Shown here one piece after another: positions 1 to 6,890 of a stretch of DNA of 64,000 bases (positions are counted from its first letter, which is position 1; the number at the start of each line of letters is the position of its first letter). Position numbers and translations under genes: made by a program. The stretch comes from Patescibacteria group bacterium. GTDB taxonomy: Bacteria > Patescibacteriota > Patescibacteriia > Patescibacteriales > UBA12465. Below the pieces are notes generated by a model. The model was not told the DNA's origin, ran no database searches, and saw only the letters and a list, made by a program, of their open reading frames with translations. The stretch is from the NCBI GenBank assembly GCA_041658665.1, contig JBAZZR010000002.1, forward strand, positions 137,147-201,146, in the 5' to 3' direction.

Positions 1-799
1 TCGCTTGCTTTCCCCAAAGTATTTCCCCGGTTTTTTCTGACATCAGAACCGCCGCCGACGCGCTAATACTCGGCGTAACACTATCTTGAGGCTGGCTCTT
101 TTTTATTTTCGACATAGCTATTTTAAGCGGCTCAATTTTTACTTTAACTAAACCGGCTCCCGGCGAAGCGATTTTTTGAAAAGCTTGATAATCTAAATCG
201 ATTACTCGATCAGGATGTTTAGATCGGTCCGGTCCCCAATCATTAATTACTACGTCGACGGTCTTATTATTATTAAGATTATAAACCCGCACAACCGATC
301 CTTTGTCAAAATCAGGGGAAGCGGCAAATAAACCTCCTTTAAATTTATACCAACTAGCCTGACCAACCGTTAAAATATCGGGATTAGATAAAACAATCAG
401 CCGACCGGTAGCGACGCCTAAATCAGCGCTCACATATTTTTCTTGAGGATTATCCTTAGTCACGACCGGCTGCCAACTAGCGCTATAATCATCATAAACA
501 AAAATCTGTTTAAGAAAATTGTTGGTCTGCTCATAATTTATTTTAACCTGCAGAATCTGCCCCGGATTATAAAAACCCCGCGAAGAAACAATATAACTAT
601 AAACGGGCGTAATTGCCGACCACTGCCAAGGTAAACCAGATTCAATTTTAGAAGCGGCGACTTTTAAAGTCGTCGAAGCCGTAAAAGCCGTTGCATCGTA
701 AATAAGCTGAAAATTTTCGGCGGCGGCCGCCCGCGTAAAAATCGGGCAGAGAATAATTAAGAAACTAAATAGCCAAAAATATTTTTTTAATATAATCAT
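1..799 (-). CDS. Secreted RlpA-like double-psi beta-barrel protein continuing into a D-Ala-D-Ala carboxypeptidase-like region (N-terminal part only; runs off the window)
   Basis: The minus-strand frame is open from ATG 799-797 to the window edge, so it has no stop and is absent from the ORF track. Signal peptide MIILKKYFWLFSFLIILCPIFTRAAAA. SWYKFKGGLFAASPDF..VRVYNLNNNKTVDVVINDWGPDR..VIDLDYQAF fits the RlpA DPBB pattern. The tail SASAAVLMSEKTGEILWGK resembles the start of S11 carboxypeptidases. Confidence 0.7.
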   Translation of the reverse strand, partial: MIILKKYFWLFSFLIILCPIFTRAAAAENFQLIYDATAFTASTTLKVAASKIESGLPWQWSAITPVYSYIVSSRGFYNPGQILQVKINYEQTNNFLKQIFVYDDYSASWQPVVTKDNPQEKYVSADLGVATGRLIVLSNPDILTVGQASWYKFKGGLFAASPDFDKGSVVRVYNLNNNKTVDVVINDWGPDRSKHPDRVIDLDYQAFQKIASPGAGLVKVKIEPLKIAMSKIKKSQPQDSVTPSISASAAVLMSEKTGEILWGKQA

Positions 800-804
800 A
801 ACGA

Positions 805-834
805 TTGACTAAAAACTAAGCTTAAGTTTATAAT
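805..834 (+). promoter_or_regulatory. Sigma70-type promoter for the tRNA-Gly/tRNA-Thr pair
   Basis: TTGACT (805-810), 18-nt spacer, TATAAT (829-834), about 22 nt upstream of tRNA-Gly. Both hexamers are near consensus. Confidence 0.5.
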
Positions 835-856
835 GATTAAAGTCGGGAATAATAAG

Positions 857-928
857 GCGGGTGTTGTATAATGGTTATTACGTCAGCTTCCCAAGCTGAA
901 GACGGCGGTTCGATTCCGCTCACCCGCT
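857..928 (+). tRNA. tRNA-Gly (anticodon CCC)
   Basis: Manual cloverleaf: acceptor GCGGGTG/CACCCGC, anticodon stem TCAGC/GCTGA with loop TTCCCAA, T arm GGCGG-TTCGATT-CCGCT. No CCA is encoded. Confidence 0.9.
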
Positions 929-947
929 CTTTCTAGACTTTAAATTC

Positions 948-1020
948 GCCGAGATAGCTCAGCTGGTAGAGCAACGCATTCGTAACGCGTAGGTCAGGGG
1001 TCCGAATCCCCTTCTCGGCT
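948..1020 (+). tRNA. tRNA-Thr (anticodon CGT)
   Basis: Manual cloverleaf: acceptor GCCGAGA/TCTCGGC, D arm GCTC-AGCTGGTA-GAGC, anticodon loop TTCGTAA, T arm AGGGG-TCCGAAT-CCCCT. No CCA is encoded. Confidence 0.85.
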
Positions 1021-1033
1021 CACTTTGAATTTT

Positions 1034-1462
1034 TTATTTAAAAAAATATCGCCACCACTTCAGCAGATTACTACTAATATCATTAGTAGCGCTATCGTTC
1101 AGATCGCTGGCCTGATTTTTTTTGTTATCAATAACAATAACGGCTTCACCCGGTTTTTTTAGATTCAAGTTTAAACGAGCCTGCTCCTCTAATGATTGTT
1201 CCGACTGTAAATAGAGAACTAAATCTCTCAGCTCTTGGTTTTTCTTTTCCGATTCACTAATTTGTTGCTCAACATCTTTAATTTCTTTTTCTACTAATAA
1301 GCGTTGGCTATACGTCCTGGCTAGAGGGAACATAATCGCCACTAGAAAAATCAAACCAATCATAGCTAAAAAACGCTGGCTAGACACTAGGCGATAAAAA
1401 AATCCTGGTTGGGTTGATCCGCCGATCCGCGTAATCTGCGAATGCATCTTAGATTTAGACAT
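1034..1462 (-). CDS. FtsB/DivIC-like septum formation initiator (single TM helix plus coiled coil)
   Basis: 142 aa. TM helix FLAMIGLIFLVAIMFPL is followed by a coiled coil (LLVEKEIKDVEQQISESEKKNQELRDLVLYLQS) and EEQARLNLNLKKPGE, the usual FtsB/DivIC layout. Confidence 0.6.
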   Translation of the reverse strand: MSKSKMHSQITRIGGSTQPGFFYRLVSSQRFLAMIGLIFLVAIMFPLARTYSQRLLVEKEIKDVEQQISESEKKNQELRDLVLYLQSEQSLEEQARLNLNLKKPGEAVIVIDNKKNQASDLNDSATNDISSNLLKWWRYFFK

Positions 1463-1541
1463 TTAATCTCATTATAGCAAACAAAAATCCCGCCGTGTAG
1501 TAGCGCGAGATCTAACCTAAAATAAATTTAATTGATAAAAA

Positions 1542-3134
1542 TTATCGAGACTTTGGTGTAACCCAAAACCCCATATACTTACCGGCCATTAATCTAATCT
1601 GGGCATCCAAACAAGGCACCGAACCAAAAATTATAATAATCACTGGAACGGCGACCCATTCTAAAGTCATAAAAATCTTTTTCCAAAATCTCTGCCGCTT
1701 CGGCGGGCTCGGTAGCAATAAAGCCGAAATAAGCGCTGAGAGAACTAAACCAATCATAGCGATATTCATCAAATTCTGAGTAACCGAGGGTAAATTACCG
1801 GATAAAACTGTTGAATTAAAACGGTCGCCACCGAATAAAAGCGGCAGCCAGCCAATCACGGCAATTATTAAAGCATTAGTCGCCCAAGCATAGAAACCAT
1901 AAATCTGAATAAAAATATGACTAAGGACTCGCCGGCGATCTAAGCCGGGATTATTCCAGCGTTTCGCTGAATTAAAGATTAAATAAGGAATATTTTCGCC
2001 ACCCCAAGCCCAGCGGCGCTGTTGTCGGTAGAGACTTTTTGCGGTTTTCCAAAAAGTTTCATCATGAGTTATATCCATCGATACCTCATAATTAATTGGC
2101 TCGACTCGATAACGAGTATTATAATACATAAAACAATGCCAAAAAATCCGAGAATCTTCAGAAACGTTAGTCGTAGACCAAAAATCAATTTCGACTAAAG
2201 CACGCCAAGTCATGGAGTGGGAAGAATAGGTAACTAAGCTTTCTTCACGTATTTGCATGATCATCTGCCAAAAAGTATTAGAAGAGGCCGCTACGCGCGA
2301 AAAAAATGGCGCCTGCCAAATATTATTTTGATAAACTGGAACAGGCTGATAACTAGCGTGATAAGGATCGCGAACGCTTAAAAATTTATAAGATAAGGCA
2401 AAAAAGTAGCCAGGCTTTACTACTGTATCAATATCAAAAACGCTAACTAGAATTTTCCCATAATCGATATTCTCGGCATCAATAATTTTCTCTTTAACTA
2501 CTCGAGAGGCCCAAGCCTGATTAGCTCCCTTACCTTTTAACTCTCCCACTAAGCCATCGGGATGAAAAGTAACGATTAATCGACCAAACTTATCGCTAAA
2601 TTCCTGCTCGATCAAAGAGGCTTTAAGATGCGCTTCTAAACCAGCTCGTTCCTCCATCGCTACCGCCACAATCATTTGAGAGGCCGGGAAACCATCATTA
2701 AGTAGCGCCCGCAAAGAAGTATTGATAATTTCGCTGCTTTCATTAAAAGTCGGTAAAACAATCAAATGATATAAATCGGGCCAAGCTAATCCTTGTTTCG
2801 CTAAAGAGTCGAGGGGAAGATCTGCCCCGATTTTCTTATTTTTTAGATCTTCACATTTTTCCCGCCAGTTGGTTTTTAAACCAAGACGCAAACGATGATA
2901 AGAAGTAATTAAAAAAATCGCCATGTAAACGACTAGAAGTAACCAATAAATATCAAAGGCGATAATAAAATAAGCTACCCAGACGGGCTGGAAATAAGAT
3001 AAAACTGATAAAATAAGCAAAGAAGATAAAGAGAGAAACCCGGGTAATATTTCTAATAATCGATATATTTTATAATCACGACCCGATAAATCCGAGGCTT
3101 TGCCAATTCTTAAATAATTAATAGTCTGACTCAT
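1542..3134 (-). CDS. Integral-membrane family 2 glycosyltransferase, processive (cellulose/chitin-synthase-like) type
   Basis: 530 aa. N- and C-terminal TM helices flank a GT2 core. It has an acidic FDIDT motif and a Q-x-x-RW-like motif (YRQQRRWAWGG). Confidence 0.7.
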   Translation of the reverse strand: MSQTINYLRIGKASDLSGRDYKIYRLLEILPGFLSLSSLLILSVLSYFQPVWVAYFIIAFDIYWLLLVVYMAIFLITSYHRLRLGLKTNWREKCEDLKNKKIGADLPLDSLAKQGLAWPDLYHLIVLPTFNESSEIINTSLRALLNDGFPASQMIVAVAMEERAGLEAHLKASLIEQEFSDKFGRLIVTFHPDGLVGELKGKGANQAWASRVVKEKIIDAENIDYGKILVSVFDIDTVVKPGYFFALSYKFLSVRDPYHASYQPVPVYQNNIWQAPFFSRVAASSNTFWQMIMQIREESLVTYSSHSMTWRALVEIDFWSTTNVSEDSRIFWHCFMYYNTRYRVEPINYEVSMDITHDETFWKTAKSLYRQQRRWAWGGENIPYLIFNSAKRWNNPGLDRRRVLSHIFIQIYGFYAWATNALIIAVIGWLPLLFGGDRFNSTVLSGNLPSVTQNLMNIAMIGLVLSALISALLLPSPPKRQRFWKKIFMTLEWVAVPVIIIIFGSVPCLDAQIRLMAGKYMGFWVTPKSR

Positions 3135-3137
3135 AGT

Positions 3138-3731
3138 TTAAAAGGCTCCCCTCTTTTTTAACTCAAAAAAGCATTCAGCGCAAGCCCGGACGTCAAAAAC
3201 CGCGTCATGGGCTTCCGGAAAACCATCTTTAAATAAATGCTTATATAACTCCGTTAAATTAGGCCATTTATAGCCCCCGCGCGGGCTAGGAATCTTACAA
3301 TAAGGAGCGCTCAATTTCATCGTGCATATTTTATTAACTAATGGGAAAGGACTCGACAATTTTAATCGTAAAATCTCTGAACCAGTTATTTTCTCATCGA
3401 AATCAATATTATGAGCCACTAAATTAGAAGCGCTCAACGCTTCGCTAATAAAGTGCTCTAAAGCTAAAGATAATTCTACTCCCTCCCGTAGCGCTCTAGC
3501 TTGAGAAATGCGATGAATTTTAGTGGCTTCTTCGGGAATAACAAAACCTTGCGGCTTAATAATATAGCTATGACTTTCCCAATGATGTCCGTCATTATCA
3601 TAAAGACTCCAGGCTAATTGGACGATTCGAGGCCAATTAGAAAAATCATCAAGCGGAGCTTGATAATTCTTGGGTAACCCCGTAGTTTCTGTATCAAAAA
3701 ATAAATACATAAAACCCAAAAATAATTTCAA
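3138..3731 (-). CDS. DEDDh 3'-5' exonuclease (DnaQ/epsilon-like)
   Basis: Exo I FFDTETTG, Exo II AHNIDFDEK, Exo III HDAVFDV. The ORF overlaps the upstream stop by 4 nt. An alternative start at M8 (3710) is possible. Confidence 0.8.
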   Translation of the reverse strand: MKLFLGFMYLFFDTETTGLPKNYQAPLDDFSNWPRIVQLAWSLYDNDGHHWESHSYIIKPQGFVIPEEATKIHRISQARALREGVELSLALEHFISEALSASNLVAHNIDFDEKITGSEILRLKLSSPFPLVNKICTMKLSAPYCKIPSPRGGYKWPNLTELYKHLFKDGFPEAHDAVFDVRACAECFFELKKRGAF

Positions 3732-5641
3732 AAATTATGATCAAGAGTAAATTCTTCTCCTTCCTTCATCTCCTGCTCTTCAGGCCCCTCTCCCTTTTCC
3801 TGGCTAGAAGAAACGGGAGCGACCGGCGCTGGAGCAGGTGAAATTTTAGCATTCTTGTCTAACTTAATTTCTCGCCCTCGAAAATCTCGAGGCGTTAAAC
3901 TTTTTAAATCATTCAAGGATAAGGAAGGAGTAGGCGTCACTTTATTAAAATTAGTTAATGACTGGCGTTCGACTTCTTTAGCTAAATGACGCTTCTCGAG
4001 CTCTAAGCGCTTTTCTTCCTTCTTCTGGCTCAAACATTCTCGACAATAGACGGGACGAACGCCATCCGGCTTAAAAATAGTGCTAGTTTCTTTACCACAA
4101 CTCGCGCAACTAGCGCTATAACCACTTTTTACCTGACGACTGGCTACTGGCCTCTGATTAGCCGCTACGTTAGTATTCTTGGGCTCGCTAGGCGCTGTCT
4201 GATAGACTGGAGGGGGGGGCGCTATTTTTGAACTAGGAACTGATGAAGGGGTTATTTTCTGACTCGCTGTTAACGACGAATTAGCCTGATTATTGCCCGA
4301 AACAGCTAGAGGAGCCTGACCCGTCGAAGAAACCATTTTTTTAAACGAAGCATCATCATCGGCACCATAATTATCGTGCCAGCTCATAATTTTCTCTTCA
4401 ACGGTTTCGCGATCGGAGGCATATTTTTCGCGCGAATAGTTAATAACCTTTTCCACATTACCTGTCTGCTCCTCTTCGCTAAGCGGCGGCAGACCGGCGG
4501 CTGAAAAAGGGGATGAAGAAATTCCATCAATCATTAATTTAAGATACATTTCATATTTTGGCAAATTGACTAAGTCTTCTTCCGTAAAAGTCGGCGTGAA
4601 TTCTTTCACTAATTCTTCCGCATCAGCCGCGCCGACGCGGAAGACCACCATCGTGCCGACATTACCAAAAACAGCCGGCTTTACTTTTTCACTCAACTGT
4701 TCGATATACTGATGAGCTAGAATCAAATTCAAACGATATTTACGCGCTTCTGATAAAATATTAGCAAAACTATCGGTCGAAAAATTTTGAAATTCATCAA
4801 TATATAAATAAAAATCCCGCCGCTCTTTTTCCGGTACATCAACCCGGCTCATGGCGGCCAACTGAATTTTAGTAATCATCATCGCGCCTAAAAGGGCTGA
4901 ATTATCCTCGCCAATCCGCCCTTTCGACAAATTCATGATTAAAATCTTACCATTATCCATAATATCCCGAATATCAATCGTCGACTTAACTTGACCAACA
5001 ATATTTCTCATTAAAGAATTGGATAAAAATTGACCGACTTTATTCTGAATCGGGGAGACCGCTTCCGAAGCAAACTTATCAGCGTAACCAGAAAATTCCT
5101 TTTCCCAAAAAGCTTTAACAACCGGATCTTTAATATTAGCGACGACCCGTTTACGATAATTTTTATCCGATAACATCCGAACAACTCCTAAAAGAGTCGA
5201 ACCCGGAAAATCTAAAATCGCTAAAATAGCATTACGTAAAATATATTCCAAGCGAGGGCCCCAAGAATCAGCCCAAAGTTTTTGAAAAACGCCAATCAGA
5301 CCCGAAGCGACTAGATGCCGCAAATGAGATTCAACTTGTTCGACGACGTTAAAGGCAATCGGGTGATGGATGTCGGAAGGATTAAAATAGACCACATCGT
5401 TAATCCGATTACTAGGAATATATTCGATTATTTTTTCTGCTAAATCACCATGCGGATCGACGACAGCGACGCCGTGACCAGCGCGGATATCATCGATAAT
5501 CATATTCTCTAAAATCGTCGATTTACCCATACCGGTCTTCCCAATCAAATACATATGCCGACGACGATCGTCAGTTTTAATTCCGAATCTTTTTGATTCA
5601 TTACGAAAAGTTGTTTTAGCGAAGACAGCAATATTATCCAT
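3728..5641 (-). CDS. Soluble FtsK/HerA/VirD4-TraD-superfamily P-loop ATPase (T4SS coupling-protein-like) with a C-terminal 4-Cys zinc ribbon
   Basis: Walker A GKTGMGKST, Walker B FYLYIDEFQNF, no TM helices. A Ser/Pro/Ala-rich linker leads to CASCGKETSTIFKPDGVRPVYCRECL and then a charged tail. Confidence 0.7.
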   Translation of the reverse strand: MDNIAVFAKTTFRNESKRFGIKTDDRRRHMYLIGKTGMGKSTILENMIIDDIRAGHGVAVVDPHGDLAEKIIEYIPSNRINDVVYFNPSDIHHPIAFNVVEQVESHLRHLVASGLIGVFQKLWADSWGPRLEYILRNAILAILDFPGSTLLGVVRMLSDKNYRKRVVANIKDPVVKAFWEKEFSGYADKFASEAVSPIQNKVGQFLSNSLMRNIVGQVKSTIDIRDIMDNGKILIMNLSKGRIGEDNSALLGAMMITKIQLAAMSRVDVPEKERRDFYLYIDEFQNFSTDSFANILSEARKYRLNLILAHQYIEQLSEKVKPAVFGNVGTMVVFRVGAADAEELVKEFTPTFTEEDLVNLPKYEMYLKLMIDGISSSPFSAAGLPPLSEEEQTGNVEKVINYSREKYASDRETVEEKIMSWHDNYGADDDASFKKMVSSTGQAPLAVSGNNQANSSLTASQKITPSSVPSSKIAPPPPVYQTAPSEPKNTNVAANQRPVASRQVKSGYSASCASCGKETSTIFKPDGVRPVYCRECLSQKKEEKRLELEKRHLAKEVERQSLTNFNKVTPTPSLSLNDLKSLTPRDFRGREIKLDKNAKISPAPAPVAPVSSSQEKGEGPEEQEMKEGEEFTLDHNF

Positions 5642-5665
5642 GGTGCTGAATTACTTAAAAAATAA

Positions 5666-5935
5666 TTATCTCAAAAATGATTGATAGGTATTAAGGACGT
5701 CCTTAAAAATAGGCGGTAAATAAATAAAAGCCAAAATAAGCGGCACAAAAATCAATAATAACCGCAGTAGGCTCCAAGCTTGTTGCCAACGGAGATATTT
5801 CTGGATCGCGCTAACCATTTTAAAAATTTCTTCGGTGCGCTCTAAGTTAGCTCGCAGTAACTTAGCTAAATCCGCCTGATCGCCAGAAGTTAAATTATTT
5901 TCTATTTTATTAGACATTATTTTACCATCATTCAT
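5666..5935 (-). CDS. Small membrane protein, function unknown
   Basis: 89 aa with a C-terminal TM helix (LLRLLLIFVPLILAFIYLPPIF), packed between flanking genes on the same strand. No family was recognised. Confidence 0.45.
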   Translation of the reverse strand: MNDGKIMSNKIENNLTSGDQADLAKLLRANLERTEEIFKMVSAIQKYLRWQQAWSLLRLLLIFVPLILAFIYLPPIFKDVLNTYQSFLR

Positions 5936-5937
5936 AA

Positions 5938-6696
5938 TTAACGGACTTCACATAATTTAACATATTTTCGACCAATGGTCGCTAAACCCTGCATCTCTAA
6001 ATCAGAATAGGCTTGTTTAGACTTATAATCACTGTTGACTAATTCCGTATCCGACTTAAATTTCTGCAAATACCATTTTCCCGCGCCTCTAATTAGGCGC
6101 CCCATTTGGTTAAAATCATCGGCTTGCAAGAGATCGGGGACAACCGTCGTTCGAAATTCATAAGGCAAGCCACTAGACATTACTATTTTAACACTTCTCC
6201 GTAAATTATTACAGTTAATAGGTACCCCGACAACCGCTTCATATTTAGTGAGCGGGGCTTTTAAGTCCATGGCGATATAGTCAATTAGTTTATCTTTAAT
6301 TAATTTTTCTACCATAACTGGATTGGTACCATTAGTGTCTAACTTAACTAAATAGCCCATGTCCTTAATAGTAGAAATAAAAAAAGGCAGGTCGGGGTGT
6401 AGGGTCGGCTCCCCGCCAGTGATGACTACTCCCTCTAAACGACCGAATCTTTCCTGTAAAAAAAGAAAAAGGTCATGGACAGATAGTGGAGAAAGACCTT
6501 TTTCTTTTTTATCGTCGAGCGAACCAGCGCCGGCGACATCAATAATATTTTTTTCGTCCGTTCCCTGACGGGGCCAGACAAGCATAGGGTTATAACAAAA
6601 ATGACAACGAAAATTACAGCCCTGGGTAAAGATAATCGCCGCTAAGTGATCGGGGTAGTCTAGGAGAGTTAATTTCTCCAAGCCACCGATTATCAT
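5938..6696 (-). CDS. nrdG: Anaerobic ribonucleoside-triphosphate reductase activating protein (radical SAM)
   Basis: CNFRCHFCYN radical-SAM cluster motif, GGEPTL SAM-binding motif, and a position directly downstream of nrdD. Confidence 0.9.
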   Translation of the reverse strand: MIIGGLEKLTLLDYPDHLAAIIFTQGCNFRCHFCYNPMLVWPRQGTDEKNIIDVAGAGSLDDKKEKGLSPLSVHDLFLFLQERFGRLEGVVITGGEPTLHPDLPFFISTIKDMGYLVKLDTNGTNPVMVEKLIKDKLIDYIAMDLKAPLTKYEAVVGVPINCNNLRRSVKIVMSSGLPYEFRTTVVPDLLQADDFNQMGRLIRGAGKWYLQKFKSDTELVNSDYKSKQAYSDLEMQGLATIGRKYVKLCEVR

Positions 6697-6708
6697 AAAA
6701 TTAAGCGG

Positions 6709-6846
6709 TTAATTATTAGTCTGATAAGTCTTACGGTCAACGTACTCAGACGCTTTACCGGGATTCCAATTTTTAGTCGGTGTCAGCCAACCAACAACTC
6801 GGCTATAAACGACACATTCCTGTCTTTGAGTTTGAATTGGGCTCAT
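6709..6846 (-). CDS. Uncalled 45-aa ORF carrying the class III RNR glycyl-radical motif (detached NrdD C-terminus)
   Basis: My translation: MSPIQTQRQECVVYSRVVGWLTPTKNWNPGKASEYVDRKTYQTNN*. YSRVVG(Y/W)..P...WN.GK is the NrdD radical loop as I recall it. The ORF is in a different frame from nrdD, starts 44 nt after its TAG and ends 12 nt before nrdG. Confidence 0.7.
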   Translation of the reverse strand: MSPIQTQRQECVVYSRVVGWLTPTKNWNPGKASEYVDRKTYQTNN

Positions 6847-6890
6847 ATATTTATTATTATAAATTAAAAATATTTAAATTACAAATAGTT

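Noticed and set aside
443-634. Plus-strand 63-aa ORF
   Set aside because: It lies entirely antisense within the well-supported RlpA-like minus-strand CDS that runs to the window edge.
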